Positions 17,169 through 25,558 of a DNA stretch of 36,534 nt are shown here, piece by piece. The DNA comes from a virus. Lineage: Duplodnaviria > Caudoviricetes. The notes beneath the pieces are model-generated. The model did no database searches. It had not been told where the DNA came from and saw only the letters and a program-made list of their open reading frames with translations. Location: the IMG/VR virus record IMGVR_UViG_3300017739_000035, positions 1-36,534 of that record; one strand, 5' to 3'. Position numbers and translations under genes: made by a program. Each line of letters opens with the position of its first letter. Position 1 is the stretch's first letter.

Positions 17169-17428
17169 AACTATATCAAATTGATTATATAAATTCTTAC
17201 GGAAAAAAAGAATTTGTTGCTATTACAAACGATCCTAATGAATGGTTGAAAGATAATAACAAGCAAAGAATAGGCGACGGAGAAAGGCCAGAAAAAATTA
17301 CCGATTTTGAAATACACCTTCTTTATTACCACTACGATAAGAAAAAGAAAAAAACTTATAAAATTTACAATACTAGATCTGCAAGATCTGAAATAAAAAC
17401 GCATATTTATAACAAGGAGAATGATTAA
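17165..17428 (+). CDS. Hypothetical protein
   Basis: Start MKLYQIDY with AGGAG SD. Confidence 0.65.
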   Translation: MKLYQIDYINSYGKKEFVAITNDPNEWLKDNNKQRIGDGERPEKITDFEIHLLYYHYDKKKKKTYKIYNTRSARSEIKTHIYNKEND

Positions 17429-17604
17429 TGAATGATGAAGATATGTTAAGACTAATCATGTGGTTAAATGATTTACCAGAATACAGAAAAAAACAAATTG
17501 CTATTTTATTAATGAGTACCTGTTTAAATACTTTAGCTCAAGACGAGTTAGCCGGTTTTATGTCTGGCCTGGCCCGTGAAATAGTAGAAAAAAAACCAGA
17601 ATAA
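17428..17604 (+). CDS. Hypothetical protein (58 aa)
   Basis: MNDEDMLRLIMWLNDLPE...; AAGGAG SD, TAATG coupling. Confidence 0.6.
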   Translation: MNDEDMLRLIMWLNDLPEYRKKQIAILLMSTCLNTLAQDELAGFMSGLAREIVEKKPE

Positions 17605-17633
17605 TAATAAAATTAAAACTCAAAGGAGATTAT

Positions 17634-17954
17634 ATGAAAGTAAAAATACAAGAAACTATTTACCACCATAAAGAAAACGACAAAGGTTATCACAAAGATA
17701 AAACCATAGTTGAAGTTGCAGAGAATGGTAATCTAAAAATGATTGAAACTATAGATGTGCAAGAAAAATGGTTTGATACAGAAGCAGAAAGAGATACTGC
17801 CTATCTGGAAAGTTATGATAACTGCGTAGAAGCAAAAACCTATATTTTAGGAAACAAAGACTTTGCTTTTTTTGAATTTGTAGAAGATCTGGAAGAAGTA
17901 GAAAAAGAAATACAAACTCAAAATGAAAATTATGGGAAGGTCATAGATGTCTAA
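17634..17954 (+). CDS. Acidic hypothetical protein
   Basis: 106 aa, AAGGAG SD, Glu/Asp-rich. Confidence 0.7.
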   Translation: MKVKIQETIYHHKENDKGYHKDKTIVEVAENGNLKMIETIDVQEKWFDTEAERDTAYLESYDNCVEAKTYILGNKDFAFFEFVEDLEEVEKEIQTQNENYGKVIDV

Positions 17955-18066
17955 TTATCTGAACCAACTCATGCTAGAAAGACTTGTGGAAGAAGGATTA
18001 GAGAAGGGACTTACCCAGAAACAAGCAGAAGACTACGCAAACAGAATATTTTTTAGTGAAGATTAG
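17947..18066 (+). CDS. Hypothetical protein (39 aa)
   Basis: MSNYLNQLMLERLVEEGLEKGLTQKQAEDYANRIFFSED; GAAGG SD. Confidence 0.55.
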   Translation: MSNYLNQLMLERLVEEGLEKGLTQKQAEDYANRIFFSED

Positions 18067-18114
18067 ATTAGCTCGATAATTCTCCCCTTCCCAAAAAGCA
18101 GAGCTAATCGGGAG

Positions 18115-18142
18115 AAGGCCTATTAATTTAGGCCTTTTCTTT
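18115..18142 (+). terminator. Terminator at the convergence of the plus-strand operon and the replication operon
   Basis: AAGGCCTA-TTAATT-TAGGCCTT stem followed by TTCTTT. Confidence 0.65.
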
Positions 18143-18592
18143 ATCAGCTTCTAACTTCTTATCCAAAGCGTAGCCAATGCCAACTAAGAGAATATGTTTT
18201 TTAAATCTTTTCTGAGCTTCTAGTTTCTTTTTAGCCCTCGGTGTAGATCCTTCTACAGCTATCACTATCAATCCTGCCTTAGATAAATTATTAACCGCCA
18301 TAGCTACTGTCTTCCTATTCATACCTGTAGCTTTACCAAGATAAATATAACTATCCCAACATGAAAAAGAAACTCCTTTTACCCTTTCGCAAATAATCCA
18401 TAAGATAATCTTTTCCCTAGATCCTAGATCTCTGCGATCTAGTTTAGATCTAAACCAAGACCAAATTACCGCCTTTAGTTTAGTATAGTTTGTAAATTTT
18501 AATGCCGTTGCTAAGTTTATATAAGGACTATCTATGCTTGTATATTCCGTACTTACCCACCAATAATTTTTAAACTTTTCCTTCCTTTTCAT
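18128..18592 (-). CDS. Winged helix-turn-helix protein (replication-initiator/HTH_36-like)
   Basis: SYIYLGKATGMNRKTVAMAVNNLSKAGLI HTH signature; downstream of the primase-helicase. Confidence 0.7.
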   Translation of the reverse strand: MKRKEKFKNYWWVSTEYTSIDSPYINLATALKFTNYTKLKAVIWSWFRSKLDRRDLGSREKIILWIICERVKGVSFSCWDSYIYLGKATGMNRKTVAMAVNNLSKAGLIVIAVEGSTPRAKKKLEAQKRFKKHILLVGIGYALDKKLEADKEKA

Positions 18593-18746
18593 TTCTTAGC
18601 TTAGCTTAGATTTACCCGCCTTCATTTTCTTTTTATATGGGAGAACCTTTGTTCTCCCTATATATGTATATATAAGTCTGTATGACCATACGCCTACCCA
18701 GAAACGCATAGCTCTATGGGAGTACCTATGGTCAGAAACTAAGGTA
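18593..18746. promoter_or_regulatory. Candidate replication origin / regulatory intergenic region
   Basis: TTAGC tandem repeats, GGGAGAAC/GTTCTCCC palindrome 18639-58, TA run 18659-74, TGACCATA/TATGGTCA inverted pair, CAGAAAC direct pair. Confidence 0.4.
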
Positions 18747-20603
18747 TCAATCCCAGTTAATATCATTAACAGATCCCTTTTTTTCGTCTAAAAGTTCAAG
18801 TTCAAATCCTTTTCTAATTAAAGTTTTAATACTCATGTCAGCTTCACTATTGGCTTTTACTAGAGCAGACTTGACTACTGCTAACCTGTTAAATGGAATA
18901 CCTTGTTCAAAGCAAATTTGCTCTGTGTTTTCTTCTGAGTCCAGGAACATAACAAAAACTGCCCTATGGCTATCAGTTAATGCTGTAGCTCCCCTGATTG
19001 AGCTTCTGGCAGATAAAACATCATTTGTATTGGATAATGCACTCTTATTGAGATGATGTACCGAGAGTACGCTACAACCAAATTTAGCGGACAATGACGC
19101 TACATATTGTGCGTAGAGTTGTGCTACTTCATTATCATTTAATTGTGCAGACACGACAGATTGTACCGGATCTATGACTATCAATTTAAGATCATCAATA
19201 TCTTCTAAAGAGTTAGAAAGCTCTATTGCTTCCGGAGTTATATGCAATCCATTAATAGCATCTTGTTTTATCAATGTTAATGGCTTACCCATTTCGCTAG
19301 TACACATAACAAAGGTGTCATGTTCAGTTTCAAATCTTCTGTTATCTTTATCTAATAACGCTATTCTCCTTCTAACTTCGTCAGTATCATCTTCACTAGA
19401 CAAGATAATACAATTACCCTTATCCATAATTTTATTACCTAAAAAATTACCATTCCCTTGATTTATGTCTAAACAGGCCTTCAAAGTTATTCCAGATTTA
19501 CCTATACCACCTATAGAACATAACAAGGATATTTTAGATAGCTCTAAACTTTGATCTACTAACCACCTTCTAGGCGGCGGAGTACCTACAAAGTTTTTTA
19601 TTGAGTATTGTGAAAACTTATAACCTTTACTGAGGATTTCACTTTTTACTGCATTAGGTCCTTCTTCCTGGTACAAGTCATTATAATCCCCCACTTTACT
19701 AGGTATTCTTATCAAGCAAGAGCTAAGTGAAGCACAAATCTCTTTAGCTTTTGCCTGTCCTACGCCATTTTGGTCATGGTCAAAGCAGATTAAGAACTCC
19801 GCATTACAAAACTTCCTAATGTTCTCAAGAGCTACTAATCCAAAATTTGCAGAAAACACGCATATTGTTGGAAGGCCCGTACTTTCATAAACACTTAGAC
19901 AAGTAGCTAAACCTTCCGTAACCGCTATAGTTTTTATATTGGACCAATCGTTCCAACCTATGCCTACTGTATATATTCCAGACTTAACCTCAGAAGAAGA
20001 AGCAAAACGCTTAGACTCTGTTGTTATATATTGCAGACTCCTTAATTCTTTTTTTGTGTTTTGTGTAGAATACACCGGACAAAGAAGTGATCCGTTCATC
20101 TCTGTCAATCCATAATTATTTTTTAACCCTTTACTTGATAGGTATTCATGCTCATTAACTATTTTAGAACTTTCAAAAATTCTCTCACATTCCTTCGCAA
20201 CTTCAGTATTCTTTTTCTCCCTTTCTTTCTTGGCCCTTTGCAGATTTATTTCTATTTCTTTATTTAATTCTGTTTGCTGTTCCGGAGAAAGCTCTTTTAT
20301 AGAATTGCTGTAAAATTTCCATTGTTGATTTGTTCTCCAATTACCATATACAGAAATCCAATGTTCATTATTTTGATGAAAAAAATACCAACCAGATTTT
20401 TCTCCGGTAGAAGTTTTATCATTTCTTGATATAGCTGTAGCTTTTACCGGAACTCTTACAATCCCGCCAGAAGTATCAATGCTATCCACTAACAATCCGT
20501 CAGCGTTCATCTGTTTTATAAGATCAGATATATCTGCTTTTTGTTGTGTAAGTTTTTTTTCTTTTGATTTTCTCTTTTCAAAGAGCTGTTTGTAATTAGC
20601 CAC
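18747..20603 (-). CDS. TOPRIM primase fused to an AAA_25/RepA-like helicase
   Basis: VYGNWR N-domain, SLQYI, VTEGLAT, CFDHD (TOPRIM), Walker A GGIGKS, LIVIDP, SVHHLNK, RGATAL. Confidence 0.9.
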   Translation of the reverse strand: MANYKQLFEKRKSKEKKLTQQKADISDLIKQMNADGLLVDSIDTSGGIVRVPVKATAISRNDKTSTGEKSGWYFFHQNNEHWISVYGNWRTNQQWKFYSNSIKELSPEQQTELNKEIEINLQRAKKEREKKNTEVAKECERIFESSKIVNEHEYLSSKGLKNNYGLTEMNGSLLCPVYSTQNTKKELRSLQYITTESKRFASSSEVKSGIYTVGIGWNDWSNIKTIAVTEGLATCLSVYESTGLPTICVFSANFGLVALENIRKFCNAEFLICFDHDQNGVGQAKAKEICASLSSCLIRIPSKVGDYNDLYQEEGPNAVKSEILSKGYKFSQYSIKNFVGTPPPRRWLVDQSLELSKISLLCSIGGIGKSGITLKACLDINQGNGNFLGNKIMDKGNCIILSSEDDTDEVRRRIALLDKDNRRFETEHDTFVMCTSEMGKPLTLIKQDAINGLHITPEAIELSNSLEDIDDLKLIVIDPVQSVVSAQLNDNEVAQLYAQYVASLSAKFGCSVLSVHHLNKSALSNTNDVLSARSSIRGATALTDSHRAVFVMFLDSEENTEQICFEQGIPFNRLAVVKSALVKANSEADMSIKTLIRKGFELELLDEKKGSVNDINWD

Positions 20604-20961
20604 TATCTACTCCATTACTTGCTTTTGCTTTCTCGCAATCAAGATAACAGAGAATTAGTGTTCTAAAAAATTTTTTTCTTTCTTCTCCTTCCCACTTATG
20701 AAGCTCGTATGTTTTATTTTTTTTCGCCAACTGTTGATACAATGACTTTACTTCCGCTACTGCATAATCAACACTTTTATAATTTAAGTTAGACTGCCTG
20801 GTTATTTCCATTTTGTTTTTCACTCTTGTTTTAATTTCTTCTGTATGGTGTCCGTTATTACAGACACCATAATACTTATCATCTATTTGCAATAAAATTG
20901 CTCCAGAAGGTTTCAAACAACAGGCACATAAAGAAGGCCTGTTGTTTTTTATATCAAACAA
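20596..20961 (-). CDS. Hypothetical protein with a Cys cluster
   Basis: CACC...YGVC..H; within the replication operon. Confidence 0.65.
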   Translation of the reverse strand: MFDIKNNRPSLCACCLKPSGAILLQIDDKYYGVCNNGHHTEEIKTRVKNKMEITRQSNLNYKSVDYAVAEVKSLYQQLAKKNKTYELHKWEGEERKKFFRTLILCYLDCEKAKASNGVDSG

Positions 20962-20964
20962 GAT

Positions 20965-21570
20965 TTAAAAAGGAATTTCTTCGTCAAACTCCTCAGTCTT
21001 TGTTTCTACAGGAGCAGGAACTTCTTCTTTTTTCTCAATTTTTTCTTCTTCAAAAGATCCAAGATTTGAAATATCTATATGTTTTTCTTCCCCGACAACT
21101 TTCCAATTTTGTCCTGCAAAATCTTCGTCAAGATCCAATGTAGATTTTTTTTGTCCGTTGCTTTCGTATTCTCTTTTTTTCAAAAGACAAGTAGCACTTT
21201 TACCTTGCAACACTTGATTAAACTGCTCTATGCTCTCCGGAAAGTCTTCTGGTTTCACGCCCATAGCCATAAGAATATTTTGCAATTTCATAGTACCACT
21301 CAAGGCCGCCTTATGAAGTTTATCTTCTCCAGAATTTTCCTTGTCATAGGCAGTAAAGTATCTTGATTTAAGAGTCTTATTTTCCCAACCTTCTACATGA
21401 AACTCTATATCAGTAGCGTCATAAGTTTTACCTGATTTAGATACAAAGTCTGTTATTTCATCTGCTTGGACGAAATTTATCAAGTATCTACCTTCTGGAT
21501 ATTCTACAAAATCAGACATAGAAGCATTTTCTTCTCCCGCCTGTTCTATTAAGTTTTTGAAATTAGTCAT
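20965..21570 (-). CDS. Putative single-stranded DNA-binding protein (DUF669-like)
   Basis: PEGRY start motif, acidic tail ending EFDEEIPF; adjacent to the Sak4-like gene. Confidence 0.7.
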   Translation of the reverse strand: MTNFKNLIEQAGEENASMSDFVEYPEGRYLINFVQADEITDFVSKSGKTYDATDIEFHVEGWENKTLKSRYFTAYDKENSGEDKLHKAALSGTMKLQNILMAMGVKPEDFPESIEQFNQVLQGKSATCLLKKREYESNGQKKSTLDLDEDFAGQNWKVVGEEKHIDISNLGSFEEEKIEKKEEVPAPVETKTEEFDEEIPF

Positions 21571-21587
21571 ATTTACCTCGCTTTTTA

Positions 21588-21806
21588 CTAATGTTCTTCG
21601 TTGTTATCAAAAAATTCAAATCTACCGCTTAGAGTTTCAGAAATTTCTGTTTCTAAGTCTTCTATTTCTAGCAGACATTTCATCAATGCCTTATCTAGTA
21701 AATCGCTAGATCCAATTTTTTCTTTAATGATTCCTTTTACTCTGTCGAGTATTCGGTCATACCCTTCATAAGAAGGTAATTTACTTCTTTTGTTTGGCTC
21801 AACCAT
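21588..21806 (-). CDS. Hypothetical protein
   Basis: 72 aa, GGAG SD. Confidence 0.6.
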   Translation of the reverse strand: MVEPNKRSKLPSYEGYDRILDRVKGIIKEKIGSSDLLDKALMKCLLEIEDLETEISETLSGRFEFFDNNEEH

Positions 21807-22584
21807 TTTGATCTCCGGCCAATGCAGTTTTAAGTTCTTGCTCTAAAGTTTTCCACACCTTACCTTTTTCAACTTTCATTTCTGGGGGTAAGTTATATCT
21901 ATTTTTTGCAAAATAACTTATACAATCTTCTGTAAAGAAATATCTTTCTTTAGATTGTGTAACTTTTGTTTTGAGAGATCCTTTATCGTCTTGTGTTTTA
22001 ACTTCTCCAAATTTGTAGTTATAAAACAAAACCATATCTAAATATTCTTTAACTTTTTCTCCAAAGCCGGTCCTAAGTTTAAGCTCGTATTTTTGATAAT
22101 CTTTTAGTCCTGGTTTTTCTTTTCGGTCTTCTTTGACATGACATATAAAAACCACACGCATTTTTCTTTTATCTCTAATCTGATCTAAAAGGTCAAACAC
22201 TTGTGTCAATGTTTCTTTTGCTTTTGAATAACCTGTCCCCCATTCAAAATCGGATATAGACTCTTTGCCGTCTTTATCTGATACATATTTTTCAATGAGA
22301 GTTTCTAGCCAATCTAAAGAGTCAATCGCTAAAGTTTTTCTGCTTTTGTAATCATCATTATTAATTATTTCTTCTAGGTATTCTACAAACTCTGAAAAAC
22401 TTTCAATGGGTTCTGTATTCCAAATGTTAGTGTCTGTCTGTGTAATTAGACCTTCTTCCAATGTCAGTATCATTGGATCTGGCATTTCACAAACAGCAGA
22501 TGTTTTACCGATTGCGGCAGGTCCGTATATAGCCATACGCATAGGTTTTTTACTAGCTCCTTTTCTAATTGCTTTAATTGTCAT
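21799..22584 (-). CDS. AAA_24 / Sak4-like ATPase (ssDNA annealing)
   Basis: IYGPAAIGKT, TLAIDSLDWLE, WGTGY, FICH, AKNRYNLP. Confidence 0.85.
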   Translation of the reverse strand: MTIKAIRKGASKKPMRMAIYGPAAIGKTSAVCEMPDPMILTLEEGLITQTDTNIWNTEPIESFSEFVEYLEEIINNDDYKSRKTLAIDSLDWLETLIEKYVSDKDGKESISDFEWGTGYSKAKETLTQVFDLLDQIRDKRKMRVVFICHVKEDRKEKPGLKDYQKYELKLRTGFGEKVKEYLDMVLFYNYKFGEVKTQDDKGSLKTKVTQSKERYFFTEDCISYFAKNRYNLPPEMKVEKGKVWKTLEQELKTALAGDQNG

Positions 22585-22918
22585 TTTTTTCTCCTTTTTC
22601 TAATGTTACTCTTAATAACTCAAATGAATAATTACGCAGAAACTCAAAAGATTGTTTTAACTGCGTAAGTTGTTCAATCTTTCTTGCTTGTGTAATTTGT
22701 TCCGAGTCTTGCTCAAGTTGTGCCAAACCATTGATTGTCCAGGCACAAATCTCAGCTAGAGCTAACTGATTACCTTTGACTGTAATCTCTAGCTCAGCAT
22801 CTACTAAATTGCTTTTGTAGATATTCTTTTTTACTCCGTCCTGTTCATAAGACAAGTAAGGTTTTTCTTCGCTATCTGTTGTAGATTGCTCTTTTAGTTC
22901 GTTGTTTTTTTCGCTCAA
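22574..22918 (-). CDS. Hypothetical protein
   Basis: Likely TTG start at 22918 after GAGGAG; the track ORF's N-terminal extension overlaps the nuclease gene. Confidence 0.6.
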   Translation of the reverse strand: MSEKNNELKEQSTTDSEEKPYLSYEQDGVKKNIYKSNLVDAELEITVKGNQLALAEICAWTINGLAQLEQDSEQITQARKIEQLTQLKQSFEFLRNYSFELLRVTLEKGEKNDN

Positions 22919-23660
22919 TGTACTCCTCACTAAGTAAATACTCTTTATGAGTATCACAATTAAGTTTATGGGGACAAAAGATACAATGATCTCCCGCCGC
23001 AAAAACAGGTTCATCTTCAAAACAGGCGTCTATTTTTGGCTTTAGCCAATCAAACGCCCAATTTACCAAATTTTCAGAAGAAATTTCTGTAGATCTTATT
23101 GGTCCGTCTTTATGCCACGCTCTAGGTTGCACTATAACCATTTCTACTTTTGTTTTTTCTGAATACTTTGATAAAGCCATAAGAGCATAAGCTCTTAGCT
23201 GTAAATTATTTTCTACTTCTACCGGATATTTGCCATTCTTATAGTCAATAATAATTATTTTGTCTTTTTGCACTATTAAAATATCTGTTGTTCCCCATAA
23301 GTCTGGGTGGATCTCATGTCCGTCCAATCTTTCTTCAATATAAAGTTTTGATTTTTTTTCTTCATTTTTTCTTTGCACTACATATTCACAATATGTATTA
23401 GACGCTTCAATCATTTCTGCATCTACCTTAACTGTATGACCTTCAAATTCTACTTCTCTGTTTAACCAATACTCTTTGTAATCAACACCTTCAAATCTAC
23501 CTTGTAATCTCATTTCATTCATTTCGTGTACTACACTACCAATACGAGAAGCATTACTACTGCTAGAACCATAACCTTCTGATGCTTTTGGCGACGCAGG
23601 GCATTTTGTATATCTATCCAATCCAGACGGAGCAATCTTTGCGTGATGTATGACAGGCAT
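22872..23660 (-). CDS. DUF2800 / Cas4-like PD-(D/E)XK exonuclease
   Basis: HAKIAPS...CPAS, GSVVH, WGTTD, IIDYKNG, QLRAYA, GDHCIFCP...C. Confidence 0.88.
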   Translation of the reverse strand: MPVIHHAKIAPSGLDRYTKCPASPKASEGYGSSSSNASRIGSVVHEMNEMRLQGRFEGVDYKEYWLNREVEFEGHTVKVDAEMIEASNTYCEYVVQRKNEEKKSKLYIEERLDGHEIHPDLWGTTDILIVQKDKIIIIDYKNGKYPVEVENNLQLRAYALMALSKYSEKTKVEMVIVQPRAWHKDGPIRSTEISSENLVNWAFDWLKPKIDACFEDEPVFAAGDHCIFCPHKLNCDTHKEYLLSEEYIERKKQRTKRAIYNR

Positions 23661-23663
23661 TTT

Positions 23664-23855
23664 TTAGAATGTAGTAATTTTTTGATTATCCAAGTAACTA
23701 TCAATGTCTTGCTCCTCATACTTTACTGCTTTTTGTATCTTGTAATAACTAGGCCCTTCTCCAGAAAAACGCCAACGATCAAGTGTTCTCACGCTAACAC
23801 CAATTCTTTCAGCACACTCTTGCCTGGATAAAAATGTCTTCTGATTACTAGACAC
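23664..23855 (-). CDS. Excisionase-like / AlpA-type HTH protein
   Basis: LSRQECAERIGVSVRTLDRWRFSGEGPSYYK...VKY...ID. Confidence 0.85.
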   Translation of the reverse strand: MSSNQKTFLSRQECAERIGVSVRTLDRWRFSGEGPSYYKIQKAVKYEEQDIDSYLDNQKITTF

Positions 23856-23921
23856 GACTAGATATTATTCCTCATAACCATTATGATATACAGATGTTAA
23901 GGAAATGCAAACATTAATTAA

Positions 23922-24050
23922 ATGAAAAAGGACGAAGAAATTACTATTGAAAATATTTATAAGGCCCGTTGGGTATGGTATCACACGATACTCTCGGCGG
24001 AAATTTTCATAACTAATGTCTTATTAATTGCCATTCTCACAAAAATATAA
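23922..24050 (+). CDS. Small membrane protein (42 aa)
   Basis: MKKDEEITIENIYKARWVWYHTILSAEIFITNVLLIAILTKI; TAATG-coupled downstream. Confidence 0.6.
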   Translation: MKKDEEITIENIYKARWVWYHTILSAEIFITNVLLIAILTKI

Positions 24051-24175
24051 TGTCGAAAGGATCAGATCCTCGTCCTATAAAAGTTGATAAAAAAACTTTT
24101 GAAAATAATTGGGATAAAATATTTAAAAAAAATGTCAAGGAAACCAAAAACTCTAAAAAAGCAAGTAGCAGGTAA
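24050..24175 (+). CDS. Small conserved-looking phage peptide (41 aa)
   Basis: MSKGSDPRP...FENNWDKIF motif recalled from many phage micro-proteins. Confidence 0.6.
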   Translation: MSKGSDPRPIKVDKKTFENNWDKIFKKNVKETKNSKKASSR

Positions 24176-24368
24176 TCACTACAAGAAACTAGGCATAGAG
24201 CCAATAGAATATATATTGGCTAATAAACTATCTTATTGTTGTGGTAACGCTATCAAATATATTAGTAGAGATAAAGGAAGTAGGATTGATGATCTTAATA
24301 AAGCAATACATTACTTAGAAATGGAAATTGAATTAGTGCATAAAAAAGGAGAAAAACATGAAGACTAA
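24132..24368 (+). CDS. DUF3310 domain protein (T7 gp1.7 nucleotide kinase-related family)
   Basis: QVAGNHY...IEPIEYI...GNAIKYISR...DLNKAIHYL. Confidence 0.85.
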   Translation: MSRKPKTLKKQVAGNHYKKLGIEPIEYILANKLSYCCGNAIKYISRDKGSRIDDLNKAIHYLEMEIELVHKKGEKHED

Positions 24369-24465
24369 ACACAATGGCAAATTAACTAAAGAAACTTTAC
24401 AAAGACTTCAAATACATATTAATAAGCGTACAAAAGCAGGAGAAAAACATGGAAGAAAAAGATAG
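24358..24465 (+). CDS. Small basic peptide (35 aa)
   Basis: MKTKHNGKLTKETLQRLQ...; AGGAG SD. Confidence 0.45.
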   Translation: MKTKHNGKLTKETLQRLQIHINKRTKAGEKHGRKR

Positions 24466-25558
24466 GCATATAGCCGATAAAAAATTCAATAAATTAAAAA
24501 CTAGACATAGAAACGGATCTAAATATTATTATTTGATTTGGCACAACAAAGGAAAAAAAATAAAAAGAAAAATAGAAGCTCGTTATCCAGATGAAAGTAT
24601 TACCGAGATACGCAAAAGAGCTATAAAAATTTATTCTCATTACAAAGATATAGAAGAAGGTTTAGTAGAAGATCCAAAAGACGCAACAGAAATTAAGTAT
24701 GATGTTTTGTTTTCTGAATACATAAAAGACTGTAAGGCAAGAGATGTAAAAGAAACTACAACAAAACAATATCAATCTTTATATCAAAATTATGCAAAAA
24801 AATATCTTGGATCTATTTATGTAAATGAATTAACAAGAAAAGATATTAAAAATGTTTTTGCATTTATTTCTAAAAAAAGTAAATCACAAGCAAATAAATT
24901 TCTTAAATTCATAGTAGCTAGTTTAAATTTTGCTATTGATGAAGAATGTTATGGTATAGAAAATAATATAGCCAGAAGTATAAAAGGCAATCCAGAAAAG
25001 AAAATTACTACTAGCTATACCGAAAAAGAAAAGTTAAAAGTATTTAAAAAGCTAAATGAATTAGAAAACTTTGAACCAGGAAAGATAAGGTCTATATCTT
25101 TTATATGGTTACTCATACTAACAGGAGCTAGAAAAAGCGAAATAGCAAATGCACAAAGATCTTGGATAAAAGATAATAAAATTGTAATACCTTTTGACCA
25201 ATATAAGACAGGTAAAAAAACCGGTAAAGACAGAATTATTTATTTGTCAGATCATGCTATAAAAATTATAAATAAAATTATAGAAGTCTGTCCTAATGAA
25301 AAAACAATTACAGGTATAAAATCTCCGGAAAAAACTTGGGATAGAATTAGGAAGGAATGTGATTGTCCGCATCTAAGATTACATGATCTTAGGCACTCAT
25401 TCGCTACATATTGTTTATCAGCAGGTTTAGGCCATAGACAAGTAGGAAATTTATTAGGACATCAGAGCTTATCTTCTATGCAAAGATACGGAGAGATTAG
25501 ACAAGAAGTTTCTAAAAATAATGTAGAGTTAGCTAACAAGCTGATTTTGCTTAATTAA
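24449..25558 (+). CDS. int: Tyrosine recombinase/integrase
   Basis: Catalytic residues intact: LTGARKSE (R), YKTGKK (K), LHDLRHS (HxxR), LLGH, QRY (Y). Confidence 0.93.
   Translation: MEEKDRHIADKKFNKLKTRHRNGSKYYYLIWHNKGKKIKRKIEARYPDESITEIRKRAIKIYSHYKDIEEGLVEDPKDATEIKYDVLFSEYIKDCKARDVKETTTKQYQSLYQNYAKKYLGSIYVNELTRKDIKNVFAFISKKSKSQANKFLKFIVASLNFAIDEECYGIENNIARSIKGNPEKKITTSYTEKEKLKVFKKLNELENFEPGKIRSISFIWLLILTGARKSEIANAQRSWIKDNKIVIPFDQYKTGKKTGKDRIIYLSDHAIKIINKIIEVCPNEKTITGIKSPEKTWDRIRKECDCPHLRLHDLRHSFATYCLSAGLGHRQVGNLLGHQSLSSMQRYGEIRQEVSKNNVELANKLILLN

Noticed and set aside
18835-23831. Plus-strand ORFs over the replication module and long N-terminal extensions such as 22574..23020
   Set aside because: Overlap confident genes; better starts with SD sequences exist
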